Assembly: GCA_951406725.2 (NCBI GenBank)
Contig: OX597818.1
Span: 119,040,001-119,104,000 of the forward strand
DNA: 64,000 nt
DNA from: Octopus vulgaris
Lineage: Eukaryota
Reading direction: 5' to 3'
Of the stretch, positions 40,838 to 52,908 are shown piece after piece (within the stretch, counting starts at the first letter, position 1; each line of letters starts with the position of its first letter). The notes below the pieces were generated by a model that saw only the letters and a list, made by a program, of their open reading frames with translations, was not told where the DNA came from and did not search any database. The translations under genes were made by a program, and so were the position numbers.

Positions 40838-41210
40838 GTAGTTCCAGCCCGAGAACTGCGGCCATGCTGAAGGACGGGCGATGCATTTGTTGCTCTTTCT
40901 CCAATATTTAGCTTTCAGTCAATGAACGCGTTCGTTGTCTCTGTTCTGACTTGCATTTCTTGCCGCAGCGGTATTTAATCTCGAATGGTAGAACAGACTA
41001 TTCAGGGTCTTCTTCAATGCATCTCCATGAAATTGATGTACTTTTGTTCAGTTTTAGGATAAAATATTGAAAAGCTATTAGCCTTTGGACCCTAGACTAT
41101 TGTCATATGTGGTTCATATATTTGATGGCGAGAGCTGTAAAATCTGAACTAAACAGTGGTGACTAGTTTGGGGATTTGGTGTAACTCTCAAAAGTTTGAC
41201 GAGAACGATA
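40838..41210 (-). mobile_element. Older divergent copy of the CR1-like LINE 3' end
   Basis: Minus-strand remnants ESYT...HCLV...YDNSLGSKG..LFNIL...QEMQVR plus tail CAGCATGGCCGCAGTTCTCGGGCTGGAAC. Confidence 0.65.
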
Positions 41211-42337
41211 CATGGATTTCTTCGCTGTAAACTATCAGAAAACTAGAAAGAATACTGCAGACGATAATGAGATTATTATAGAAATAATTATTAGTAAATG
41301 AATAACTGATTTTGATAAAACTATGCTACTTTGAACAATTGATGAAGAATTACAATAAAATATATCTAAAAATAGCGAAGTGAGGAAATTCAAATCAGGA
41401 ATTGAAATGACTGCCAGTTTTGGAGAAAGAGATGAGAAACATTAGACTAATACAATGGGAAGCTAACCCTAAACTAAAATTTGATCTAGCAAATTATGCT
41501 AATACAAAAACAAAATAAATCATATGTTTATTAGAGAAAGATAATTGAGTAGTTATGCATGCACATGATTTACAACACTGTCTGAGAAGTGTGTCTGATA
41601 GCTGAGAGAGAAGGAGTAAAGTGTTCCCACAAGAAATCATGAAATGGGTGTTATAAATCAAAATACATTCGGGAAATGCAGACGATGGCGCGGTTGGAAT
41701 TAGAAACAAAATTAATCACTCTTTCGTCTGGCTACACAGTCTTCGACAAAACTTAACACAGCTGCGGACATAAACGATTTTAGGCATTGCATACACTTAA
41801 ATGTAAGATAGTATGATCAAAAGCAAACAGCAACACTGACATGAAGATTAAAAGTAGTCAGATTAATATTGTTGTCAATGACAACAAAGAAAATACCTCA
41901 TAATCGTTGTATCATTCCCATCTCAAACAGAGAGTTATATCACGTACACCTAACAAAAAATTGAAAAATATTTACAAACATGACTGGAAAATGAATCCAG
42001 AAATCCGTATCAGAATAGGTGCCTTGGAAATGAAATCAGAACAAAAAAATTCACGAGGAAGACCAAAAGACAAATATACACGGTAATTTTACTAAGCACC
42101 GACACTAGTTTTGGCATTCACCTCAGATGTCTATCGCCCTCATCACTTCAGTTGCTGCCTACTTACTCTCTTGTTTCTACTTTCTCCTATTTCGGGATGT
42201 AAACACTTAAATGTTCTTTACTATTACATGTATCACAATTGGAATTTCTGCCAGGCAATTATCACCCCTCGATGTTATATAAAATCGCGAGAGGCCTATG
42301 AATTTCAAGTACCGCTAAAAGCTGAAGAGTCATTCAC

Positions 42338-42767
42338 AACCACAGATTTTCTTGTCAGTTGTTTGACTTTAACCAGTTGAGCATGTCCCTTAGTGGCTGA
42401 CGATATCTGCATCTCTGATCACGAGCAGAAGTAGTGGGAGAGCGTCATAGCTATGCGCTGAGAGGAATTATGTGGGTTTGGATAATTAACCATTGGAAGC
42501 ATGGGTGTTTCGTTCAACATCCTTAAACAACCCTTATTCAGGGACATCTTGAGCGGGATGGGCTACTCTACCTGAAGAAAACTCTAAAAGGGCCCCACCT
42601 ACAAGGCCATGTGATGTGTATCTTGATATGAGATCTCCATGTCGAGCACATATGGTTTTGATGCATGTGCCTGGTGTACCTTTAGGCGGGTAGTCTTGAT
42701 GGGTATACTGGGCTTCGTATATTTTACTCTAGTGTCACTTTGATTGCATGCACTGCTCTCTCACTCA
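42338..42767. mobile_element. Repeat family D, ending directly at (AAT)n
   Basis: Overlaps the 19932-20222 sequence; ends ...ctctctcactc|aataataat. Confidence 0.82.
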
Positions 42768-42797
42768 ATAATAATAATAATAATAATAATAATGATG

Positions 42798-42895
<98 letters not shown>

Positions 42896-42909
42896 AAGAA
42901 GAAGAAGAA
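42768..42909. repeat. (AAT)n(AAG)n microsatellite
   Basis: Directly visible. Confidence 0.95.
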
Positions 42910-44108
42910 ATCCTAAAGTGCGGGCCTAATACGTCAGATTTCCCTGATACATCCTTCTATTTTTTTACATTATATTTTTCTATTTATCAACAGAAGAAAT
43001 TGTCACGCAACGCTTGGTGATAATATGCGTAACTGTGACTGTTATATGACTGTAAACTACACTTTATCTATATATGTCTCAGTTTCTCATCTCTATACCA
43101 TCTTTGCTGGTTTTGTCTTCTATGTTTTGTTTGATTTTGGTTTGTTCCTCCCCGCTTCCTCTCTATTCTCATTATTTTCTCTATTCTCATTGTAATCACA
43201 CATCGTCTACCGTGGCCGAAACAAATACGTTTAGAAGACAATCAAATAGAAGTAGCCAGATTACAAAGTATTCTTTGTAACTTGCCAAAGAAGATATGTC
43301 AATGGTACGGATGCGTTTTTTCCCATGCTGAATACAATATTAATTATTCACGGATTATATTACGTTTTCTGTTGATATATTTCTCGAAGAGATAATGCAA
43401 ATAACAAAAGATAAAAAAAACGAAAGAAGACGCAATATAAGGAAATCTAACACAAAATAAAATAAGTAGAATAGCAAAGGAAAAAAAGTATCAATGAACG
43501 GTCTGACTGATAGTCAGTACAGTTTAGTGTCTTAAAGTGATCCAGAACCAGTATTTATTTAATATCAACCAGTTATGTTCAAAGCGTGCAAATAGAAATC
43601 AATCTATTCAACACGAAAGCAATTAGCTTTAACTTAATTCTGCTAGATTCTGAGAATAATTTGTGGCCAATACAGTAATGTTAAATTGCTTCATATGCTT
43701 ATGGCACGTCGCTCTTGAAATATTGTCTAATCTAGAAGATTAAATCTCTTCGCTTAAATATTTAATTGAGTAAATCTTGTTAGGTCTTAGTTACAGTTTG
43801 TATCATTGTCTAATATTTACAATACTCTCAAATATACCAATGCGTAGATATTATATTTGATAGTGTAGCGGACAAACCCACTCCACATAGTATCGTAATA
43901 TCCTTCCTAAACTACGCACGTATTAACCAAACAGGAGTAGGTGCAATGAGGGATGCATCTTTGCAAAAGCAAAGGTGTAGATCAGTTGGAATTCTTCTTA
44001 TAGCACATAAAGAATCTTTTAAAAATATGCTTTAGTAATAAGCATTATCATTACCAACTTTAAATAAATGTGGAATTCGGAAGGAAAGTTCTTGTACTGA
44101 ACAAAATA

Positions 44109-44673
44109 TCGGGTTGTACGGAAAGTTCGTGCCGACTTTTAAAGGAAAGAAAAAGGCTAATAAATACTTGCCATTACATTTTTACTCAACCAAATATGAA
44201 CCATTTTGTTCCAAAATGCGTCTCCATCTTTCCTTAACTTAATAATACCCTCTTCCCAAAACTGATGTGGTTTCATGGCAAAGAATACATCAAGGTATCT
44301 TTTTATGTCATCCAAGGAATTGCAATTTTTACCATTAAAACTATTCTGCAGAGACTTGAATAAGTGGAAATCCGAAGGATCAATATCTGGTGAATATGGA
44401 GGGTGGGGTAACACATCCCAGCCGAGCAACAGCAATTTTTGTCTGGTTCCCAAAACATCAAGTGCCGAAATCGAACTTTCTTATCTTCCATTTTAAAGGG
44501 TTACAGAATTAACACAGGTTATAGGAACATAAATTTTCTTCCACGAAAAAATAGCTTAAACTGTGTTCTAAATGGAGGTGTAGTCAAATCCTATTTTATG
44601 GACTCAACCATGTTCTAAAATAAGTCGAGAGGTAAGCTACAATAAATCGGCATGAACTTTCCGGACAGCCCAA
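44109..44673 (-). mobile_element. Internally deleted mariner DNA transposon (565 bp)
   Basis: Imperfect ~30-bp TIRs (tcgggttgtacggaaagttcgtgccgac / atcggcatgaactttccggacagcccaa), TA on both sides; N-terminus MEDKKVRFRHLM joined to WDVLPHPPYSPDIDPSDFHLF (YSPDLAPSD motif). Confidence 0.93.
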
Positions 44674-45232
44674 TAAAATACATATATATCATCACCTCTG
44701 AATCTTCATATCAAATTGCATAATTTTAGTTTCCACATTTACTAGTTTAATATTCCAGGTAGAGTCAGTAGCCTATACTCTTTCATATATTCCTGGACAT
44801 GAAACGATTATTAAATTAATGAGTTATTAAGATTAGTATACGTTTGTGTTATGTGTTTCCATAGATAAGATTCATGTCTCTAAAATCCTTCTTCATTGTT
44901 TCGATCTCAGATTGCTTACTCGTAGAGCACTAATGAATTGTATAATTCTTTTATTTTTGTCGCTTATGAATTTCGTCCCGGTGTCGTTTTTTCTTTTTCT
45001 TTCTGTAAAATTTCAGCAAGAAGGTTTGAGATCTGTAAAGACTTTGTGGCTTTATGAAAATTGCGATTGTAGTAGAAAATTCATGGTGTAGTTACATGAA
45101 GTGAGCTTGTTGGCAGTCAAAAAAAAGGAATCTTGCAAATAATGCATCACTTAATTGTTTTTTTCTCTCTCACCAATATATTTTCAAAATATGAAAAATA
45201 ATTCTTAATTTGAATGTAAGTACTGTAAGTGA

Positions 45233-45628
45233 ACTCTTTTACTCTTTTACTTGTTTCAGTCATTTGACTGCGGCCATGCTGGAGCACCGCTTTTAGTCGA
45301 GCAAATCGACCCCGGGACTTATTCTTTGTAAGCCCAGTACTTATTCTATCGGTCTCTTTTGCCGAACCGCTAAGTGACGGGGACATAAACAAACCAGCAT
45401 CGGTTGTCAAGCAATGCCAGGGGGACAAACACAGACACACAAGCACACACACACACACACACATATACGACGGGCTTCTTTCAGTTTCCGTCTACCAAAT
45501 CCACTCACAAGGCTTTGGTCGGCCCGAGGCTATAGTAGAAGACACTTGCCTAAGGTGCCATGCAGTGGAACTGAACCCGGAACCATGTGGTTGGTAAGCA
45601 AGCTACTTACCACAAAGCCACTTCTGCG
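45233..45628 (-). mobile_element. SINE family B, full length, young
   Basis: Closely similar to 13626-14041. Confidence 0.92.
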
Positions 45629-45635
45629 ATAAAAT

Positions 45636-46033
45636 CTTTTCTGATCTAGGCAGAAGGCCCGAAATTTTAGTGGAGGGGGCTAGTCGATTAGATCAACCCC
45701 AGTACGCAAATGATACGTAATTTATCGACTCCGAAAGGATGAAAGTCAAATTCGACTTCGGCGGAATTTGAACTTAGAACGTAGCAGCAGACGAAATACG
45801 TATTTCTTTACTACCTACAAGGGACTAAACACAGAGGGGACAAACAAGGACAGACAAATGGATTAAGTTGGTTATATCGACCCCAGTGCGTAACTGGTAC
45901 TTATTCAATCGACCCCGAAAGGATGAAAGGCAAAGTCGACCTCGGCGGAATTTGAACTCAGAACGTAAAGAAAGATGAAATACCGCTAAGAATTTCACCC
46001 GGCGTGCTAAGGTTTCTGCCAGCTCGCCGCCTT
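45636..46033 (-). mobile_element. SINE family C tandem dimer
   Basis: Same internal junction as 23068-23478; GCGATAAAAT direct repeat at 45626-45635 and 46040-46049. Confidence 0.88.
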
Positions 46034-46327
46034 GAATCGGCGATAAAATGACATATAGAAACATTTAAAAACATAACATGGTGAAAGTTTCAAAGTCCGT
46101 TCACCTAGGGTCACGCCTTGGAACAAAAGACTGTATCTTCAGGCTTTGACATAGGTTATAAGCAAAATTGCCTGGTACTATTTTGAACAAGATCACTCGG
46201 AAAAATGAAAAGTATGATGAAGACCTTTAAGTTGAAGGCATTCCAGTTTATATTGAGACGTAAAATCTGCCTGAGAATAAAGATATTTTACGTATTTTCA
46301 AGGGTAAACTGAGAAAATCGTGACTGA

Positions 46328-46915
46328 GTGGGACAAAATGCTTAGCAGCATTTCCTCTGCCATTACGTTCTGTGTCCAAGTGCCACCGGGGTCGAGTTTA
46401 CCTTTCATACTTTTGGGGTCATAAAATAAGTATCAGTTAAGCACTGGGGTCGATGCAATCGACTCAGTTCCACCCACGAAATTGCTGGCCTGGTGTCAAT
46501 ATTTGAAACCAATATTTTATCTTCTTTAAAGTAATAACCCTTTTTACTGAAGGAACAATGCCTGGAATTTGGTGGGAGGGGACTAGTCATGTGCATCGCC
46601 CCCAAACCAGTGTTTCACTCGTGCGTAATGTATTGAACCCTGAAAGAAGGAAAAGCAAAGTCGACCTCGACTGAATTTGAAATCAGAACGTGAAGACGGA
46701 CTAAACGTTCCTGAGCCTTTTCCCCGCCGTCCGACCGATTCTGCCAACCTTGTTTTTAAATTAATAATCTTATCTATTATATGTACAAGGCTTGAAATTT
46801 GGCGGCAGGGAGTTAGTCGGTTACATCGATCTCAGTGTTTCACTATTACTCAATTTATCTACCCAGAAAACATGAAAGGCAAAGTCGACCTCTAATTTGA
46901 ACTTAGAACGTAGCG
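46328..46915. mobile_element. Cluster of three divergent family C copies (46328-46515 plus; 46545-46750 minus; 46775-46915 minus)
   Basis: Repeated aaggcaaagtcgacctc...tttgaac..agaacgt motifs and their reverse complement. Confidence 0.75.
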
Positions 46916-47722
46916 CCATGTTTTTAAAGTAATAATACAATACAATTTAAAGGAGTTTTGCTTGCTATTTATTGGAAGTTGGAGGCCCTTACAGAGGCCC
47001 TCCTATTTCTGAAGTATACTTCCAGGTCTGATGTGAAGAGATATAATCGATCGGTAAATAGATTAAATTATGTCTGCCTCGAACCTAACGTTGAAATCTA
47101 ATACAGCTTTGAACTTAGATCATTGATTGTCAAAATTATACGGCATAAATTTATTCCTTCCTTTTAGCGATATATAACTTTTCAATAAAATCAAAACTTG
47201 CTATTTTGACAAAAACAAAGACGCTCAGTCAATCCTTCAACATTTATGTATAAACAGATTTGAATGAAATTAAATGCAACCGGATGATTACAAAAAAAAA
47301 AAAATACATGAAAGTGAGGAAACATTAAAAGGAAAAAAATATACTTATACAAAAAATACAGAAATAGTCGCAAAATGAAAACTAGAAATTAAATCTCAAA
47401 ATTTCAAAGATCAAATATTATTTCATACAAGAGACACTTCATATTACCAGGGGCTATAATTTTACGTTAAAGACAATATGAACTGATGGTAAATTAAATA
47501 TAGAAGAGATTATTATGATACCGAAATTATAAAGTTTGATCATTTACGTGATTGATATTTAGAGAAGATATCAGTGAAGCGTTTTATAAACTTTATTGAA
47601 ATGGCGTCTTGAAAACATTTTAGTTTAAAAAATTTAAATGTCGTATAAAAAACTACAGTGGATTTAAAATTCTAAGTAGGATAATAGGATAAAGGTCAAC
47701 TGAAACTCAGTAACGAAATTGC

Positions 47723-47766
<44 letters not shown>

Positions 47767-47974
47767 CTTTCATTTATTCATATACAACACACAAATTTCT
47801 GCACATGAACCCGGAGTTTCTACCCTTGGACAGGTCGCTTCAAATGTGTTTCTGACGTGAATTTGCTACCCAGGTTTCGGTTAAACGAGTTTCCCATGCT
47901 GACGATAAACATAGGATAATTCATTCACCTATTTAAATATATATATATACATACTTATAAATAAGTTGTTTATA

Positions 47975-48025
47975 ATTTAACCTTTAATAAATTTAACCTT
48001 TGATAAATTTAACCTTTGATAAATT
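47975..48025. repeat. 15-bp tandem repeat x3 (aatttaacctttrat)
   Basis: Directly visible. Confidence 0.85.
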
Positions 48026-48223
48026 TTTTTTCGAAAAAATGTTATCCTACATTAGATATGGATAGGGACCGTAAATGGCCAAAAAACACCGGTCGATTAC
48101 GGTCCTTGTAAGCATGCATGCTTTGACTGCACCATTCAAGCGTTTTGTTGTTATTTCTAGCAATGTATGTGCTTCTAACGCTTTTGATACACATTTGCTT
48201 ATTGCTGACTAAATCAATTGTGC

Positions 48224-48255
<32 letters not shown>

Positions 48256-48257
<2 letters not shown>

Positions 48258-48627
48258 AGGCACGATGGCCTAGTTGTTAGGGTATCAGACTTGCGGCGAA
48301 AGGATAGCGGTTTCGATTTGCAGACCGAGAGTTGTGAGTGTTTATTGAGCAAAATCATCTAAAGCTCCTCCAAGCTACAGCAGGGGCTGGTGTTGAACCC
48401 CGCTGTATTATTTCAACACAACTTTCTCTCACTCTTTCTTCTTGTTTCTGTTGTATCTGTATTTAAAAGTGCCAGCCTTGTCGCACGCTGAATCTCCCCG
48501 GGAAGTACGTTAAAAGTACGTGTCTGTGGAAAGCTCAGCTACTTGCACTTGCACGTTAATTTCACGAGCAGGCTGTTCCATTGATTGGATGAACTGGAAC
48601 CCTCGTCGTCGTAACCGACGGAGTGCC
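48256..48627 (+). mobile_element. SINE family A, divergent full-length copy
   Basis: Aligns with the other family A copies; ends ggaaccctcgtcgtcgtaaccgacggagtgc. Confidence 0.88.
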
Positions 48628-48667
48628 ATGGTCATATATATATATATATATAAATATATATATATAT

Positions 48668-48711
<44 letters not shown>

Positions 48712-49770
48712 AGAGAGAGAGAGACAGACAGATATAGATACATACATACATACATACATACATACATACATACATACATACATACATACACGCACGTGTA
48801 TATAATATATATAGAGAGATTAATCAAAGGAATGGCAAGATATTGGCTTTGAACTCCATGCTACGCGCTTCATCATTGCATAATTGGGATTTCAAAGGTA
48901 TGTAGGCCTATTATACATGAATAAAATGGTAGTTTCTACACTTTAATGAAAATCGTGTGATATGGATTTTAATCTATAGCAACCATTTGTCTTCATTTTT
49001 TCTTTAATGTAGTTACTCTGCAAATAAGACTGGGGATCTTGGAGCACTTTCGTGCCTGGTGGACACAGTGTCCAAGAAAATCCTCTGGTGAACATGAACA
49101 AGGTACTTCTTCCTCGTATTCATATCAAGCTTTGTTTAATGAAGAATTTTGTGAAGGTCATGGACAAGGTTCTGCTAAGCTCAAGGACCTCAAATCCGCG
49201 AGGTGCTGAAGGATAAGGACTTTGAGAAGCTTCTGACTTTAAAGCAAATGAGAGTATAGGCAGCATTTAAGTCAGTCTGTCATGGCTTCCTTGGTAACAC
49301 CAGGGTACTAGATTACCAAGAGTGTATCGAGAAGTTGTTAGTTTTATGAGGGTATGAGATGCCGAATGCCACTCAAAATTCACTTTCTCTACTCCCACCT
49401 CAATTTCTTCCCTCCGAAACTCGGGGCAGTGAGCGAAGAGCATGGAGAAAGGTTCTACCAAGATATTACTAAGATGAAGAGCAACTACTAAGGGAAGTGT
49501 AACCCCAGCATGATGGGGGACTTTTACTGGGTGTTCTTGCATGACATCCCGGAGTCAAAGTACACAAGATCGTCCAAAATAGCCACTACTGTCTGTTGTA
49601 ATATGATTTCTGTGTATTGTATTATCCAAGTAGTTTAGTTCTATCAGTATTCTGTATCTATACTTTTTGCTGATTTTTGTAATATGCTTTTGTAACAGAT
49701 GAAATAAATACATTATTATTTAAATTATTTACAGTGGACGAATATGTATCCTCATCTTGTTTGTTGTTAG

Positions 49771-49812
49771 CACAACGTTTCGGCTTACTTACTCTTCAGC
49801 CTTCATCAGGTG
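49771..49812 (-). ncRNA. Minimal type-I hammerhead motif (inverted arm, weakened stem II)
   Basis: cac-CTGATGA-A-GGCT-gaagagtaagta-AGCC-GAAAC-GTT-gtg. Confidence 0.6.
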
Positions 49813-49948
49813 TACTCATTGAATCTTGAACCCAATCCTGGGTTCTTATTCCTAAGGGGTTTTTGCTGATGTTATTATTATTATTTATTCAAGGAACTGC
49901 CTGAAATTGAGCTTGGAACCTAGGGTTGGGTTCCAAATTCTTCCAGGA

Positions 49949-49990
49949 CACCTGATGAAGGCTGGAGAGTAAACCAGCCGAAACGTTGTG
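49949..49990 (+). ncRNA. Minimal type-I hammerhead ribozyme motif
   Basis: cac-CTGATGA-A-GGCTGG-agagtaaa-CCAGCC-GAAAC-GTT-gtg. Confidence 0.72.
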
Positions 49991-51146
49991 GTAACAACAA
50001 AAAACATGAGGACACATATCCGTCCAATGTAAATAATGTAAATGATATACAGAATTCCTCATCTCTAAAATATATAACATTAAACATATATTTTGAATTT
50101 ATATGCAGTATAATTAAAATGGGATATATGAAAGCAAAAAAAAATCTAGAGCTGATAGAACAAAACTGTTCAGAAAATTTATTTCAGCATCTCAGAATTA
50201 GTAAAAAAAAAACACCTGTTCATATCCTTACCTCAGAGCAAACAGAAAACGTTTTGTAAACCAATGTAATTTATTGCGAAGACAAAAGGACAAAAACGTC
50301 AAGAACTTTGAGAGTTTTTTTTTACACAATATTTAGGATATTGCAAGACACAGAATAAAGAAAAAAAAACAATTAACTGAGGTCGTTGATCTCTTTTAAA
50401 ACAATTAGCGTTTCAACAGCATTTTATAGCTGTCAGTTAACTGTTTGTCTTCGCCTGTCTGTTTCGGTTCCCTATGGTGTTGTTAGTAATATCTGGAGGT
50501 TATTGAGAACAAGATGATGCATCTTACGCATGGATAAGTTGAAGTAGAAGATACCCATTGTCTAGTCTAACTATTCATTATTTGCGTTAGAAACCAGGCA
50601 ATAATGATATTAACAATACAATACGGGTGACTTTAAAAAAATTCCAATTTATCACAGATATCCAGACTCAACAAGGCTGAAAAGAGATCTCGAGTTTGAG
50701 GTGTAGAGCTGTTTCTAAGATACAAGTCGAATCAATTCTCTATAAGGCATCGCGATAAAGTGAATTCCTTATAAGTTTGAGATGTCAAGACGCCAATAAT
50801 TTTAAACTACTAATATTGAAATATATGTGTAGAAAATATTCAGAAGCAGATTGTGTGTTACCAATTCGGAACGCCTAGCAAAGTATTTTCTTAAATCTAA
50901 GTTTTCTTGAAAACAACCAAACCGGAAAGAAGATTTATATGAGGTTATGAGAAGGATGTTTCAAAAGAAGATATGCTAACCACCTAAATTCTTTCCGGCA
51001 TATGGACAAAATTAAGCTGCGTTCTACTTTAAACATACGATAAGTTCTGATCGCCCCGAAACTACAGAAGCTGCATGCACATGATGCTGCTTAATTGAAT
51101 CAGGTCAAAATCCACATCGCTACTGAACACATATATAGTACAGTAC

Positions 51147-51202
<56 letters not shown>

Positions 51203-51230
51203 ATATATATATGTATGTATATATATATAT

Positions 51231-51360
51231 CACCGTGATCACCGTGACCACCGTGACCGACCAGGCTATCAAATGTTGCTACACATCGCTGGTCACAATG
51301 CGCTTCGCATTGTTTTAGCCTTCAAATGACGCCACCCAGCTGGCTAAGCGAGCAGGCCAA
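51231..51360 (-). mobile_element. Family E element, second copy
   Basis: Reverse complement of 25550-25668; tail of CACGGT(G/GAT)-type repeats; inside (TA)n. Confidence 0.85.
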
Positions 51361-51607
51361 TATATATATTGTAAGTATGATCGTTGTGATTGTAAATGGA
51401 AGACGAACGGCATACGTTAAACCGAGTTCTGTTATATACCTATAAGCTGTGATTGTTACAGGAACTACTCAGATCCGTATATTTTATATTTATATATATA
51501 TATATATATATATAAAATATTATTAGAGACAAAACCACTATTTTGCAAAACAAACAAGGAAAGACTTAATCAATACATAAAATTTTAATAAATAGTCAAA
51601 AAAACCG

Positions 51608-51650
51608 CCACTACAATTGTTTCTTGTCTTGATCGACAATCTTCAGGTGG
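51608..51650 (-). ncRNA. Type-I hammerhead ribozyme (inverted-arm copy)
   Basis: Exact reverse complement of 51685-51727. Confidence 0.78.
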
Positions 51651-51684
51651 ACTTCCAATAAGTCAAAACTGACTTATTGGAAAT

Positions 51685-51727
51685 CCACCTGAAGATTGTC
51701 GATCAAGACAAGAAACAATTGTAGTGG
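51685..51727 (+). ncRNA. Minimal type-I hammerhead ribozyme with intact core
   Basis: CCAC-CTGAAGA-TTGTC-gatcaa-GACAA-GAA-AC-aatt-GT-A-GTGG: stems I, II and III all pair; GUA cleavage triplet at 51721-51723. Confidence 0.8.
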
Positions 51728-51902
51728 CGGTTTTTTTGACTATTTATTAAAATTTTATGTATTGATTAAGTCTTTCCTTGTTTGTTTTGAAAAATAGTGG
51801 TTTTGTCTCTAATAATATTTTATAATATTTTACTATAAAATTGGATTTAATCCTAAATCTGATTTTTTCCCTGTAAATTTGGATTTATTCCCTAATATTT
51901 AT

Positions 51903-51997
<95 letters not shown>

Positions 51998-52004
51998 CAC
52001 CTTT

Positions 52005-52369
52005 AACTGTTTCAGCTTGAAAGCTGCGTCATGCTGGGGTACTACTGTTGGCTCTGCTACACATTCCTTACTTGACAGACTAACAGACAGATAGATACAT
52101 GCATACGTACATATGGCCGAAGACCGAAGCGTGGAGTAGATGAAACAGGGACAACTGAAGAAGGGGAATATTCTTTATGTTGTATGTCTCGTTTCTCTGG
52201 GGTTTTTTTCGCTGTTCGAAACAAAGTTCGTTTCTATGTTTCTGTTTTTATGTTTTCGTTTCTTATTGTGTTCAACGTTTTTTTTTTTGATGCCTTGTAT
52301 CCATATATGCATGTATATATACATATATATGTAAGTATGCACATATATGTATGTATATATGCATATGTA

Positions 52370-52411
<42 letters not shown>

Positions 52412-52555
52412 GCATACAGGACGTGTTCCTTTCAGTTTCTGAGAAGGAATCCTCTCACAGGGCTTCAATCGCACCGGTGGCGTAGCAGAAGACATCGGCT
52501 TTGATATCACGTTGTGATACTGAACACCGTACCACGCGGTTGGAGAGCAATCTTT
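52005..52555 (-). mobile_element. Old family B-like SINE interrupted by microsatellites and a pLTR-like insert (~52125-52300)
   Basis: Tail ctgtttcagcttgaaagctgcgtcatgctgg at ~52007; cctttcagtttc..aatcc.ctcaca.ggctt...tagcagaagaca at ~52430-52495. Confidence 0.55.
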
Positions 52556-52865
52556 TTTCAAGTATTCTTAACATACGATGACTGGAGAAGAAATTCATGA
52601 TGATATTTAGTCCATATTGTTATGCACTACAATGTAATATACCATATATGCACTTTTCTCGCAAGTGCTTTATGCGTTTGTTTAAAAAGAGAAAATGGAG
52701 TCACAGTTTTGAAATATTAATGGTCTATTTAGATTTTTTTAATGAAAGTTTACTTATCTTTAACATTTACTTGAGATATGAATATTTTATATCCAATCAT
52801 ATGAAACTTCTTATACTTTTGCTAATATAATTCAAAAATATGTAGTAAATCTTTTGTTTGTTGGG

Positions 52866-52908
<43 letters not shown>

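Larger units (their letters stand above)
39330..42085 (+). mobile_element. Highly decayed RTE-like LINE interrupted by younger insertions
   Basis: A-rich strand bias; NADDGAV (YADD-like) at ~41675; ALEMKSEQKNSRGRPKDKY (RGRP motif) at ~42020-42078; boundaries uncertain. Confidence 0.45.
49718..50078 (+). mobile_element. Hairpin element P3 (diverged ~130-bp inverted arms plus ~35-bp tail) nested in the DNA transposon
   Basis: 49718-49850 is the imperfect reverse complement of ~49912-50043; a hammerhead in each arm. Confidence 0.8.
49005..50266 (+). mobile_element. Chapaev3-like (CMC) DNA transposon remnant: transposase C-terminal half plus 3' terminus
   Basis: Peptides NPLVNMNKVLLPRIHIKLCLMKNFVKVMDK and HFLYSHLNFFPPKLGAVSEEHGERFYQDI..Y*GKCNPSMMGDFYW; 3' end tttgtaaaccaatg followed by TAA; stops and deletions present. 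Family name is from recall. Confidence 0.75.
51511..51907 (+). mobile_element. Hairpin element P1: 155-bp inverted arms, 4-nt loop, ~80-bp tail, in (TA)n
   Basis: 51511-51665 pairs with 51670-51824 with 2 mismatches by eye; related copies at 9820 and 62766. Confidence 0.9.

Noticed and set aside
44157-44453. SETMAR-like host gene
   Set aside because: Bounded by TIRs and TA, internally deleted, no SET domain: a transposon remnant.
51511-51824. Palindromes read as MITEs or miRNA precursors
   Set aside because: The one-sided tail, the monomeric sister copy and the internal hammerheads do not fit symmetric TIR elements or pre-miRNAs.
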